Shown piece after piece: positions 39,391-49,783 of a stretch of DNA of 64,000 bases. Origin of the DNA: an uncultured Rikenellaceae bacterium (lineage in GTDB: Bacteria; Bacteroidota; Bacteroidia; Bacteroidales; VadinHA17); NCBI GenBank assembly GCA_964596715.1, contig CAZQVL010000002.1, positions 50,829-114,828 on the forward strand. Reading direction: 5' to 3'. Numbering within the stretch: position 1 is the first letter of the stretch; each line of letters starts with the position of its first letter. A program made the position numbers and the translations under genes. Below the pieces are notes generated by a model. That model did no database searches and had not been told where the DNA came from. It saw only the letters and a list, made by a program, of their open reading frames with translations.

Positions 39391-40668
39391 ATGGAACGAT
39401 TTACTGGTGTTATAGGTATTCTTATTCTACTGGGACTTGCATTCCTATGGTCGAATAACCGAAAAGCCATTAACTACCGTGTTGTTTTTACAGGACTTGG
39501 TCTGCAACTGGCGCTGGCTGTTTTTATTCTTAAAGTGCCACTTGGCCAGGATATCTTTTACTGGCTTGGAAAGGCAATAAATAAGCTTCTCGATTTTTCC
39601 CAGGAAGGTGGATTGTTTGTTTTTGGTGATCTTACAAAAGTAACAGAGATCCTGCCGGAAGGTATTGTGAAGAGTGGTATTTTTTTGTTTGTTTTATTAC
39701 CGACAATAATATTTGTCTGTGTTCTCGTTGCTATGGCTTATCATATTGGTTTAATGCAAAGGATTGTGGCGGTTATTGCCCGGTTCGTTCACTGGGCAAT
39801 GAGGGTAAGCGGCAGTGAGGCTTTGTCGAATGTGGCAAGTGCTTTTGTAGGGCAGGTCGAAGCTCAGATCATGATACGGCCGTATCTGTCAGGTATGACA
39901 ATGTCGGAATTACTGGCTTCAATGACCGGTAGTATGGCATGTATTGCAGGTGGAGTTATGGCTGTATATATCTCAATGGGTGTCCCTGCATCATATCTGC
40001 TCGCTGCAAGCCTGATGGCTGCTCCGGGAGCCCTGGTAATTTCAAAGATAGTCTTTCCTGAAACAGAAGAATCAGAAACAAAAGGGAGAGTAAAGCTCGA
40101 AGTAAAAAAGGAATATACGAACATTATGGATGCTATTTCTCATGGCGCCACCGATGGAATGAAAATATCGATAAATGTGATAGCCATGTTGATCGGTGTT
40201 ATTGCTCTTATTGCACTTGTTGATGCTCTGCTCGGTTATTTCGGTCATTTTCTTGCGTGGGTAGGAGTATCACTTGAAGGAATAGGTCTTCATGTTGAAA
40301 ACTTACGTCTGAAAGATGTTGTAGGTGCTTTTTTTTCACTTTTTGCAATTGTAATGGGTGTTCCGCCTGAAGAATCACTTACTGTAGGCTCATTAATGGG
40401 AACTAAGATGGTAATAAATGAATTTGTTGCCTATACGGATTTTTCACCGATGATACAACAGGGTGTCCTGAGCACCAAATCAGTTATTATTGCAAGTTTC
40501 GCACTATGCGGATTTGCTAATTTCAGTTCCATTGCCATTCAGTTGGGCGGAATAGGTGCGATGATTCCTCATCGAAAAGCTGACCTTGCCAGACTGGGAT
40601 TTAAGGCAATGCTCTGCGGTACTATGGCTTCGTATATTTCCGCCTCGTTGGCCGGGATTTTGTTGTAA
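39391..40668 (+). CDS. nupC: Na+/nucleoside cotransporter (CNT/NupC family)
   Basis: ASAFVGQVEA, LAASLMAAPG, GTKMVINEFVAY, FALCGFANFSSIAI. Confidence 0.92.
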   Translation: MERFTGVIGILILLGLAFLWSNNRKAINYRVVFTGLGLQLALAVFILKVPLGQDIFYWLGKAINKLLDFSQEGGLFVFGDLTKVTEILPEGIVKSGIFLFVLLPTIIFVCVLVAMAYHIGLMQRIVAVIARFVHWAMRVSGSEALSNVASAFVGQVEAQIMIRPYLSGMTMSELLASMTGSMACIAGGVMAVYISMGVPASYLLAASLMAAPGALVISKIVFPETEESETKGRVKLEVKKEYTNIMDAISHGATDGMKISINVIAMLIGVIALIALVDALLGYFGHFLAWVGVSLEGIGLHVENLRLKDVVGAFFSLFAIVMGVPPEESLTVGSLMGTKMVINEFVAYTDFSPMIQQGVLSTKSVIIASFALCGFANFSSIAIQLGGIGAMIPHRKADLARLGFKAMLCGTMASYISASLAGILL

Positions 40669-40678
40669 TTTGTCGTTG

Positions 40679-40767
40679 CGGAGAGAGGGGGGATCGAACC
40701 CCCGGTCCCGCGATAGCAGGACAACGGTTTTCGAGACCGCCGCATTCGACCACTCTGCCATCTCTCC
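40679..40767 (-). tRNA. tRNA-Ser(CGA)
   Basis: Minus strand GGAGAGATGG...GCGGT-CTCGAAA-ACCGT...GGGGGTTCGATCCCCCCTCTCTCCG with long variable arm. Confidence 0.96.
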
Positions 40768-40997
40768 AAAAAATATATAAGACGCATTCGCCATGATGTT
40801 TAAAAGCAACACACCTGCCGAATTGACAAAAATAAGAATTATTTGATTACTGATATCTACAGATTTATGAAGATAACTCTTCAGCACTAACTCTGAAGAA
40901 TGATAAAAAAACTGAAAATCTTTTGATTCCATGGCTGAATAAACTTATTTTGCATAACGGACAGTAAATAAAATAATAACCATTAAAATCTTCTATT

Positions 40998-43112
40998 GTG
41001 AAAAAACTATCTAAAATCTTATTGATTTGCGGATTGGCAGTTTTGGCTTTAACAGCCTGTAAAAATCAACCTGACGTTGATCTGAACAATCCATTTTTTA
41101 CTGAATACAATACTCCATTTAATGTTCCTCCCTTTGAAAAGATCATGGCAAAGCACTACATGCCTGCTTTTGAAAAGGGTATGGCTGACGGAAGAAAAGA
41201 GATTGAGAACCTGGTAAAAAACAGAAAGGAACCTACTTTCGAAAATACAATCGAAGCTCTTGATAAATCAGGAGAATTATTGACAAATGTTGTCAATGTA
41301 TTCTTTGCACAAACTTCGGCAAACACAAATGATTCATTACAGAAAATTGAAGTTCAGATCTCTCCTGAATTATCGGAATTCTACGACGGAATAATACTTA
41401 ATCCTGATCTGTTCCAAAAAGTCAAATATGTATATGATAATCAGGACGGATATAACCTTAATCCGGAGCAGGAGTTTCTCCTGGGAAACCTCTATAAAAG
41501 CTTCGTACGCAACGGGGCTAACCTCAACAAGCAGGATCAGGATACTTTAAAAAAGATGAACCAGAGGCTTTCTATTTTAACTGTCCAATATAGTCAGAAT
41601 GTCCTTGCCGAAACAAATAACTATAAACTGTATGTAACAGGTGATGATCTGGAGGGTTTGCCTGAATCTGTAATTGCCGCGGCGGCTGAAACAGCAAAGG
41701 AAGCAGGTCAGGAGGGTAAATGGGCCTTCACAACACAGAGACCAAGCATCTTTCCGTTTATGCAGTATTCGCCCAACAGGGAACTTCGAAGGGAATTATT
41801 TAATGCTTATACCAACCGGGGAAACAACGGAAATGAATTTGATAATAATGAAATTCTTGCCGAGATTATAAGACTGAGGGCGGAAAGAGCTAAGCTTCTG
41901 GGCTATAAAACTCATTCACATATAGTTCTTGAGCCGAGAATGGCCAAGATGCCTGAAAATGTTTTTACATTATTAGACAATCTCTGGGAAAAATCAATCC
42001 CTGTGGCAAAAAATGAAGTAAAGGAGATGCAGGGAATAATCAACAGGGAGGGAGACAGGTTCATGCTTGAACCTTCCGACTGGTGGTATTATGCCGAGAA
42101 ACTCAGAAAACAAAAATATGATCTTAACGATGAGGAACTGAGACCGTATTTTAAACTTGAGAATGTAAGGGAGGGAGTCTTTACTGTCGCTAATAAGCTC
42201 TTTGGTATCACATTTACACCTCTGAGTAACATCCCACTTCCACATCCGGAAGCCCTGGCTTTTGAGGTGAAAGAGAGTGACGGATCTCATCTGGGAGTTT
42301 TATATATGGATTTTCATCCCAGGACCAGCAAACAACAGGGAGCATGGTGCGGTGAATACCGTAGCTATCATATTGCTGACGGACAGAGTATTGCACCTGT
42401 TGTTACAGTGGTTTGTAATTTTACAAAACCAACTGGTGATCAGCCTTCACTACTCAGCCTTGAAGAGGTTACTACCCTGTACCATGAATTCGGTCATGCA
42501 CTGGATGCCCTGTTCAACAAGAGTACGTATAATCAGACCAATATTGCCTGGGACTTTGTTGAGCTTCCTTCGCAGCTTATGGAACACTGGGCAACCGAAC
42601 CGGAAGTACTTAATTTATATGCAAAGAACTACCTGACAGGTGAGATGATACCTTCAAAACTGGTTGAGAAAATAAAGAACAGCAAATATTTTAACCAGGG
42701 TTTTGAAACAGTTGAATACCTTGCAGCCTCACTGCTTGATATGTCTTTTCATACACTTGAGACTCCGGCAATTATTGATGTTCAAAGTTTTGAAAAGGAA
42801 TATTTCGATAAGATCAATCTGATCCCTGAAATCGTCTCCCGTTACAGAAGTACTTATTTTCTTCATATTGCAGGTGGCTACGATTCAGGTTATTACAGCT
42901 ACATATGGGCTGGAGTGCTTGATAATGACGCTTTTGAAGCCTTTAAGGAAAAGGGATTATTTGATAATCCAGTTGCAACATCCTACCGTAAGAACATCCT
43001 TGAGAAAAATGGTACAATGGATGCTATGCAAATGTATATTAACTTCCGTGGGAGAGAACCTGAAATAGAGCCCCTGCTGAAGAACAGAGGGTTGATCCCG
43101 GAAGAAATTTAG
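40998..43112 (+). CDS. dcp: M3-family peptidyl-dipeptidase (lipoprotein)
   Basis: Lipobox (LTAC), HEFGH, DFVELPSQLMEHW, GYDSGYYSYIWA. Confidence 0.9.
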   Translation: MKKLSKILLICGLAVLALTACKNQPDVDLNNPFFTEYNTPFNVPPFEKIMAKHYMPAFEKGMADGRKEIENLVKNRKEPTFENTIEALDKSGELLTNVVNVFFAQTSANTNDSLQKIEVQISPELSEFYDGIILNPDLFQKVKYVYDNQDGYNLNPEQEFLLGNLYKSFVRNGANLNKQDQDTLKKMNQRLSILTVQYSQNVLAETNNYKLYVTGDDLEGLPESVIAAAAETAKEAGQEGKWAFTTQRPSIFPFMQYSPNRELRRELFNAYTNRGNNGNEFDNNEILAEIIRLRAERAKLLGYKTHSHIVLEPRMAKMPENVFTLLDNLWEKSIPVAKNEVKEMQGIINREGDRFMLEPSDWWYYAEKLRKQKYDLNDEELRPYFKLENVREGVFTVANKLFGITFTPLSNIPLPHPEALAFEVKESDGSHLGVLYMDFHPRTSKQQGAWCGEYRSYHIADGQSIAPVVTVVCNFTKPTGDQPSLLSLEEVTTLYHEFGHALDALFNKSTYNQTNIAWDFVELPSQLMEHWATEPEVLNLYAKNYLTGEMIPSKLVEKIKNSKYFNQGFETVEYLAASLLDMSFHTLETPAIIDVQSFEKEYFDKINLIPEIVSRYRSTYFLHIAGGYDSGYYSYIWAGVLDNDAFEAFKEKGLFDNPVATSYRKNILEKNGTMDAMQMYINFRGREPEIEPLLKNRGLIPEEI

Positions 43113-44395
43113 TGCTGAAAGTTATTCATTATTTGCTCCAGACTGACACCCAGTACTTTGCGGGATATATTATCAAGGTTTTGCATGGGTCCCGTGAAAT
43201 GCAAAGTATATTGAATATGGTTGAGACTTTCTCCCGGTTTCAGGTCTGCAGCGGGGGAGGAAGTCTCAAGCTCATAAAACGGGCCCATCTGTGTGCCATC
43301 TTCAAGAGGTCCGTCATTATAGGAGTTAAAAGCATCACCAGAGTAGGGATTGTCCTGAATCTGCCATGATGAGTTTACATATTCAGTCTTACCTTCAGGC
43401 AGATTGCAAATAAGAATGGTAAGGATATTGTTATCTGAGTCAAAGCTACCCATCGTGCCTGTCGATCTCAGAGGCGGAACACCTATTTTTCCCCGGCTTT
43501 TTCCATCGGCTCTGAAAAATATATGACTGCCGGATACTTTTAGCCTCTCTTCCGGAATCTTTCCGAAATAGGTATCATTCACCGGTACTCCCAGAAGGTC
43601 TTCGTCGCCCTCTTTGAACGGAATTACAACAACCACCGCAGGTGAAGGATTAAACATTCCAAGCATCCATATCGAAAGCAAACCTGTTTCCTTTTGCCAT
43701 TCATTATCGCCTGCGTTAATAAGGGTGTTCATCGATTTATATGCAACACAATTTAAATGTTCATCATCGGTACCTGTAAGTTTAGTAATTTCATTTTCAG
43801 TCAGAAGAATGACTTCCCTCTCAATCCTGAGTTTAAATGGAGTGCCACTGTAATTCTCAATGGCAAGATCTATTGAGAACAATGCTGAAGAATCAGTAAG
43901 CTTAACAAGTTCGAAAGGCATTGTATCAAGAAATGCCGGAGTCTGCCAGTTTTCGTAAACAAAGTCTTCACCTTTCCCGAAAAAGATTGAGAACTGACCA
44001 CCTTCAGGACCAAGCCATAACCTCTCTTCACCACCATAAGGATTGATGTGAGGCAGAATATTACCTGACTCAATAAGTTCGTGATTTATCCAACCGAAAC
44101 TGAAGCCTTCATCACCTTCGGATGTGCTTGTCATTACCCGGCCTTGCCAGTCAGGTACAATAAGTATAGCTGAATTATTGTTCCTTAATTCTATAATATT
44201 TATATGCTTTTTCAGGAATTCCCTGTTATACCCATATTGTTTTGTAGTGTCCGTTATCATAATATTGTTTATAAATCTGTTTTTCCCGGTTCCGTTTGTA
44301 CATGACCAGAGAACAAATAGCAGGGAAAACAATCCTGTGACTGATATTAATGCAACAGAATGATTGCCAACATGAAAACTCCCGGAATGATTCAC
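43109..44395 (-). CDS. Conserved Bacteroidota lipoprotein (DUF6786-like)
   Basis: WQGRVMTST, GGEERLWLGPEGGQFS, YNDGP, FYELETSSPA. Confidence 0.7.
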   Translation of the reverse strand: MNHSGSFHVGNHSVALISVTGLFSLLFVLWSCTNGTGKNRFINNIMITDTTKQYGYNREFLKKHINIIELRNNNSAILIVPDWQGRVMTSTSEGDEGFSFGWINHELIESGNILPHINPYGGEERLWLGPEGGQFSIFFGKGEDFVYENWQTPAFLDTMPFELVKLTDSSALFSIDLAIENYSGTPFKLRIEREVILLTENEITKLTGTDDEHLNCVAYKSMNTLINAGDNEWQKETGLLSIWMLGMFNPSPAVVVVIPFKEGDEDLLGVPVNDTYFGKIPEERLKVSGSHIFFRADGKSRGKIGVPPLRSTGTMGSFDSDNNILTILICNLPEGKTEYVNSSWQIQDNPYSGDAFNSYNDGPLEDGTQMGPFYELETSSPAADLKPGESLNHIQYTLHFTGPMQNLDNISRKVLGVSLEQIMNNFQH

Positions 44396-44913
44396 AGTGT
44401 ATTTATCAGTTGAAATATATATTCATCAAGGTATCCGTCAGTAGTCTTAATCCAGTCTTTTTTTATTCCGGTCTGCACGAATCCCTGTTTTTTAAATAGA
44501 TCCATACTTTCACAATTATTGGCCAGAATATGGCAATAAAGCTGGTGTAATTGAAGCGTTTTAAAGCAATATTTTGTAAGGCATGTGAGTGACATTGAAG
44601 CATATCCTTTCCTTCTGTAAGCTTCGTTAGCGATAAGAATTCCAACTCCGGCCCTTTTGTGAAAGGGATCAAAATCAAAAATATCAATTGTTCCTATTGT
44701 TGTGTTATCCTTAATATGATCAATCATAAGCCTTATCTGTCCTGTCTCATAAACATTTTTATGAGAATTTTCGAGATATCTTTTGAGAGTATATTTGGAA
44801 AAAGGAGTAATGGTATTACTGATAATCCAGTGAGTACTATTATTTTCCCACTTATACAGCAATTCCAGGTCCTCCGGTTCTAATGCTCTGAGTCTTACGT
44901 CTTTATATTTCAT
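44392..44913 (-). CDS. GNAT N-acetyltransferase (RimJ/SpeG-like)
   Basis: LRALEPEDL, YRRKGYA, LHQLY, GFVQTGIKKDW. Confidence 0.88.
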   Translation of the reverse strand: MKYKDVRLRALEPEDLELLYKWENNSTHWIISNTITPFSKYTLKRYLENSHKNVYETGQIRLMIDHIKDNTTIGTIDIFDFDPFHKRAGVGILIANEAYRRKGYASMSLTCLTKYCFKTLQLHQLYCHILANNCESMDLFKKQGFVQTGIKKDWIKTTDGYLDEYIFQLINTL

Positions 44914-44939
44914 ATTATGCTGTAACGCCAGTTACTTCA

Positions 44940-47438
44940 TCAGTTAACCACTACGTTAATCTCCCTTATGAATGCATCGGGGTATCCTGAATTACGGAAC
45001 TTTTCAATAGCTGCTTTAGCCTGGGAGTAGGTTTTGTAATCGCCATAAACGTATTTGAATAATCCATCATCAGCTTTTATCTCTCTTACTCCTTCAATTC
45101 CTCCAAATACACTGCTTATGTTCAACGGATTTCTGGTAGCTTCCAGCTGAATTGTGTAAACCCTCTGAGTCACTACCGGTTTATCTTCTGAATCCGGGGT
45201 GAGCAATGATTTTGATTCGTTGTTCAGATCATACTGGTTTACGATATAAGCATCCTTAAGCCCCTTCTCCTTTGCAAAATTCAGATATTTAACTGCATCA
45301 GCTCTGTTGTAGAAGATGCCAATCACATATATCGTAACGGCATCCACCTCAATTGATCTAAGGAATAACATTTTATTGTTTATCAGATTACTGAAATAGC
45401 TCGGATAGAGTTTGTCCTTTGTTTTGAGCAAAACTGTACTGTATTTCATTGAATATGGTTGTCGCAGGTGTTCAGGAGTATAAGTATCCTGTCGTATTAC
45501 AACACCCGTCTTTGAATCCACAATGCCGAAGGTAGCTCGTCTGTTATATTTTCTTCCCTCAGGGTTATCAGTACCGTCAAGATTTCTATTCACAGCGGCA
45601 AATTCTGATTCCCCGAATGCTTTTTTGACAAATCTTGCAGAGGATATGCCTGCTGATGTAAAATAGTCGATAACAGCCTGAGCCCTTCTGTCTGCCAGTC
45701 CTATGTTATATTCACTGGTTCCGATGGCATCTGTATAACCAGCCACTTCTATTGTTAATTCAGGATAACTGGTAAGAATGTTTTTAACTATTTCAAGACT
45801 GGGTTTTGCTTCGTCCTTAATTGCATACTTGTCAAAATCGAAGAGGACATTTTTAATTGCAAGGAATTCGCCTGCTGCCACTTTTTCAGGAACAAGAGAA
45901 GCATTAAATGATATATACTTGCTCAAGAAATAAAGAGGAATATTCAGATTAATAGTGTCTGTCTGATAGCCGGCATGGTTTACAAATACCTGATAATCAC
46001 CTGGTTTTATATCAAACCTGAATGATCCGCTATCGCTGACCGGTATGTTTTGCATTACAGTTCCGGTTTTAATATTTGTCACTTTTACCTGTGCCTGTTC
46101 AGGATTAACATTCATTCCATCCTCCAGGGTAATACTTCCATCAGCAAGGGTTATTTCGTCTGCCGGATCAATAGCAACAATCGCATAAATATTTCTGCTT
46201 TTTGTCTTATTGTCGAACCTGCTTGCTACAAATCCCGTGGCATTATTATTCAGGATAAAATTTGTATTTTCCGAGACATCATTAAAAGCAAAAGGCATTC
46301 CTACAGGCTGAGTCCATACGCCATTTCTGAAAGTTGATCTGAATACGTCGTAGCCTCCCATACTTATATGACCGATAGAACTGTATAGCAGCGCATCATT
46401 TTCAGGATCGTAGAAGGGTGTATCTTCATCATAGGGAGTATTGATGACATTTCCGCAATTAACCGGTCGTTCCCAGGAACCATCAGCAGCTTTCCGGGAG
46501 ATCCAGATATCAAGCTCACCTTCACCACCGGGACGGTTGCTTGCAAAATACATTGTATTGCCGTCAGTGGTAATAAACCCATGTGATTCCCAGTAAATAG
46601 AATTAACAAACCTTCCTACACTTTTTATTTTTGACCAGACAGTATCGGTTCTCTCACTGGAGTAAAGGTTACCATCATCTCCGTCATCTATGAAGAGTAT
46701 TAATGTTTTTCCATCACCTGTAATGGAATTTGTATAAAGTCTGTCATACCCTCCCAACTGTTCTGTTATATTAGCCGGCTTATTCCAGCTGTCATTTTTA
46801 TATGAGCAGAAAATTTGTGTTTTACCATCTTTTTTTACGGTGAAAACAAAAACTGAGTCGTTTTTTGCAAGGACGGGATTGCATGCTCCCGGATAGTCAG
46901 TCAGCCAGGGAGCAAAAAGCTCCGAGATAATAGTCAGGGGTTTCTTTTTCATCTCCATACCATAGCGGCAATCTCTTATTTGAAGGTCAATATAATCTTC
47001 CAGGAAGGATTCAGTACCGGCCAGTCTTTTCTTAACATCATAATAAAGAGAGACTGCTTTTTCAAGGCTATCATTTACATGATAAGCATTAGCCAGATAC
47101 AAATCCGTATCAAAGGGTGCTTTTTCACCATGCTCCTGATATTCCTTCTCATCATTTACCACATTAACTGAAGCTTTCTTTAAAAGCTCAAGTGCTTCAG
47201 TTTTTTTCCCGTCAATGTTGAGGTAGCATATTCCAAGCTTTGCAGCGAGGTTACTATTTTCGGGATTGGCATTGTAAAGAGGTTCATATAAACTGGCAGC
47301 CATTTCATAATCCTTATCATAATAATAAGAGTTATCAGCGTTTTGAACCGCCCTGATGAATTCCTTGGAAGGAGTTTCCTGGGATTTCAGGGAAATGAAA
47401 CATGAAACCAGAATTGAAATGACAATAAATCTTCTCAT
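44940..47438 (-). CDS. TPR-PD40-OmpA protein (PorE-like) with C-terminal SPOR-like repeats
   Basis: PD40 repeats (WESHGFIT, YFASNRPGG), OmpA_C (GYTDAIG...LADRRA...NRRATF), YTIQL...GYPDAFI. Confidence 0.85.
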   Translation of the reverse strand: MRRFIVISILVSCFISLKSQETPSKEFIRAVQNADNSYYYDKDYEMAASLYEPLYNANPENSNLAAKLGICYLNIDGKKTEALELLKKASVNVVNDEKEYQEHGEKAPFDTDLYLANAYHVNDSLEKAVSLYYDVKKRLAGTESFLEDYIDLQIRDCRYGMEMKKKPLTIISELFAPWLTDYPGACNPVLAKNDSVFVFTVKKDGKTQIFCSYKNDSWNKPANITEQLGGYDRLYTNSITGDGKTLILFIDDGDDGNLYSSERTDTVWSKIKSVGRFVNSIYWESHGFITTDGNTMYFASNRPGGEGELDIWISRKAADGSWERPVNCGNVINTPYDEDTPFYDPENDALLYSSIGHISMGGYDVFRSTFRNGVWTQPVGMPFAFNDVSENTNFILNNNATGFVASRFDNKTKSRNIYAIVAIDPADEITLADGSITLEDGMNVNPEQAQVKVTNIKTGTVMQNIPVSDSGSFRFDIKPGDYQVFVNHAGYQTDTINLNIPLYFLSKYISFNASLVPEKVAAGEFLAIKNVLFDFDKYAIKDEAKPSLEIVKNILTSYPELTIEVAGYTDAIGTSEYNIGLADRRAQAVIDYFTSAGISSARFVKKAFGESEFAAVNRNLDGTDNPEGRKYNRRATFGIVDSKTGVVIRQDTYTPEHLRQPYSMKYSTVLLKTKDKLYPSYFSNLINNKMLFLRSIEVDAVTIYVIGIFYNRADAVKYLNFAKEKGLKDAYIVNQYDLNNESKSLLTPDSEDKPVVTQRVYTIQLEATRNPLNISSVFGGIEGVREIKADDGLFKYVYGDYKTYSQAKAAIEKFRNSGYPDAFIREINVVVN

Positions 47439-47542
47439 AGTCCAGAGGTGTATTGATTATAATATTTTAATATTGATAAGATAATGGAATTCAAGGATTC
47501 CAGGCTATATTTATATTTTATTAATTAGCCAGTTAGATTTGA

Positions 47543-49783
47543 TTACTTAACCAATACTTTTATTTCCCTGACAATTGCGTCTTTATAATCCTCTTTGATA
47601 ATTTTTTTCAGTGCAGTCATAGCTTCCGGGAATGATTCATATCTGCCATACAGGTAATGGTATAATCCGTCAACTTCTTTTGTTTCTCTGACTTCCTCAT
47701 ACCCTCTGAATTCAGTATCCATATCAAGATGATTGCCGGAAGCTTTAAGTTGAATTGTAAAGTATGTCCAGTTTATAACAGGTTTATCTCCAGGAATCCT
47801 GCTAACCTTTTTGACAAAAATATCTTCCGGATAACCTTTTGTAAAAAGCTCATTCCTGTGTGCATATGCTTCTGCAATATCCTTAAACTGGCCGGTAGTA
47901 TATCTGTAAAACAAGTCAGTCTCATTGTAAAGGACCTTTATATTGTCAACATATTTGAAATAACTGATATCCACGGGATTATAAAGTGCCATTACCTGCA
48001 CTGTATAATAAAGAACATCTGAATCTTCAACATTGTTGTCGGTAAGGTCATTCACCTTCATATTGGTAATAAAAATACTTGAATCAACTGATGCGACCAC
48101 TGGAATATCATCGAGGTTGATCCTGTCATAGCCGGAAGCCAGCTCTTTATAGTCCGGATCTTTGTCAAGCACTACGTTAAGATCAATAATCTTGTCGGGA
48201 TCGTCCTGTAAAATTATTGTATCAATAGTCTGTGATAAATATCCGACACCGGTGTAGATTAATTCATAATTACCGGGGCCTACAATGAAATTATAACGGC
48301 CGGTAATTTTATTGGGATAACCTACATCGATTGTATCTCCTGAGTCTTTGCTGAGAAGATGTATGGAATACTTTTCATCAAAGAAGACGGTTGTGTCTCT
48401 CAGACCATATTCCCCTCGTATTTCGAATATCTTATTCAGGCCTGTACTACCAATATTGAGATAGAAAATTTCTTTTTTTTTGTATTCGGTCGTCATTGCG
48501 TAATAACCGTTTTTCCCATTATTTGCCGGTTTAAAGAATCTGTCATCGTCTGTGGTGTTGATAGGAGAGCCCAGGTTTTGAGGTGTTTTCCAGAAGGATC
48601 CCTGTTTCTGGCTTTTAAAATTATCATAGCCGCCCATCGAACTATGGCCCTCGGAACTGAAATAGAGCATGGAATCATTCAGTGTAACAAACGGTGTATC
48701 TTCATTGTATTTTGTATTTATCGTGGTTCCCAGGTTTATTGACGGGCCCCAGTCTCCTGTCGCATCTTTCTCTGACATGTAAATATCAAGCCCGCCGTTT
48801 CCACCATCCCGGTTGCTTGTAAAATATAGTCTTTCACCATCTGATGAGACAGAAGCATGTGATTCAAAATACTTTGTGTTAATATTTCTATTGAGCTTTT
48901 TAACAGGTGTCCATTCCCCGTTCACATATTCCGAGGAGTAGATATTGCCGTCGTAGTTATCAATCTTATAAAGAAATAATTCATTTCCATCTTTATTAAG
49001 GGAGCAGGTGGAACAATCTTCCCCGGCATTGATGCGGTCAGTAATATCGACAGGAGGCAGCCATTTATCTCCATCTTTTTTAGAGAAGAGTATAACGTTT
49101 ACAATACCCCTTCGCTCTGTAAAGGCTATTGTGTTGCCATCGTAGCTGACTGCCGGATTATCACTTATTGAACCCTGATTAAAATCAGAACCAAGGGTTT
49201 TGATGGTCATGGCAACCGGATTATTCTGATATTCCATAGCATTCCGGCAGGCCAGTATCTCCTGATCAATGTACCCTAGGTTTTGCATACCTCCTTTCAT
49301 CTCTGTGTCTCTGGCAAGTTTTCTGAAGTATTGAAATGTATCGAGGGCTTTATCCAGGTTGTTATTAATCATATATGCTATAGCCAGCAGAAACCATGCA
49401 TCAAGAGGAGCTCTTTTTTCTTTAAGTTTAGATGTTTTGGCATCATATGCAGCATCTTTAACCGCAGCTTCAAGATATGGTATAGCTTTATCCTTCTCAT
49501 CAGGAATGTTCAGATAACATAAGCCTATTTTGTATTTAATATTTAAATTATCGGGTGTTTCAAGTAATATATAGAGCTGGTTTGCCAGGTCATACTCTTC
49601 ATAAAGACAGTGGGATTCTGCCCGGGCAAAAATCTTTTTCATCTCACTGGCAGGCTGAGAGGAGGCAGCAAAGGGGAAAAGAACCAGAGTTAACAGCTGC
49701 AATCTAAAGCAAGGTATTTTTACTCTGAATTTAATCATTATAACAAATATATAATACTTTTTATAACTAATATCAGGTATCAA
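47543..49783 (-). CDS. TPR-PD40 protein with two SPOR-like repeats, no OmpA domain
   Basis: FESHASV, YFTSNRDGG, EDTPFV; C-terminal YYTVQVMALYNP and YFTIQLKAS modules. Confidence 0.8.
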   Translation of the reverse strand: MIPDISYKKYYIFVIMIKFRVKIPCFRLQLLTLVLFPFAASSQPASEMKKIFARAESHCLYEEYDLANQLYILLETPDNLNIKYKIGLCYLNIPDEKDKAIPYLEAAVKDAAYDAKTSKLKEKRAPLDAWFLLAIAYMINNNLDKALDTFQYFRKLARDTEMKGGMQNLGYIDQEILACRNAMEYQNNPVAMTIKTLGSDFNQGSISDNPAVSYDGNTIAFTERRGIVNVILFSKKDGDKWLPPVDITDRINAGEDCSTCSLNKDGNELFLYKIDNYDGNIYSSEYVNGEWTPVKKLNRNINTKYFESHASVSSDGERLYFTSNRDGGNGGLDIYMSEKDATGDWGPSINLGTTINTKYNEDTPFVTLNDSMLYFSSEGHSSMGGYDNFKSQKQGSFWKTPQNLGSPINTTDDDRFFKPANNGKNGYYAMTTEYKKKEIFYLNIGSTGLNKIFEIRGEYGLRDTTVFFDEKYSIHLLSKDSGDTIDVGYPNKITGRYNFIVGPGNYELIYTGVGYLSQTIDTIILQDDPDKIIDLNVVLDKDPDYKELASGYDRINLDDIPVVASVDSSIFITNMKVNDLTDNNVEDSDVLYYTVQVMALYNPVDISYFKYVDNIKVLYNETDLFYRYTTGQFKDIAEAYAHRNELFTKGYPEDIFVKKVSRIPGDKPVINWTYFTIQLKASGNHLDMDTEFRGYEEVRETKEVDGLYHYLYGRYESFPEAMTALKKIIKEDYKDAIVREIKVLVK

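Noticed and set aside
40504-40932. 142-aa, 72-aa and 64-aa ORFs
   Set aside because: They overlap tRNA-Ser(CGA) and the nupC end; non-coding.
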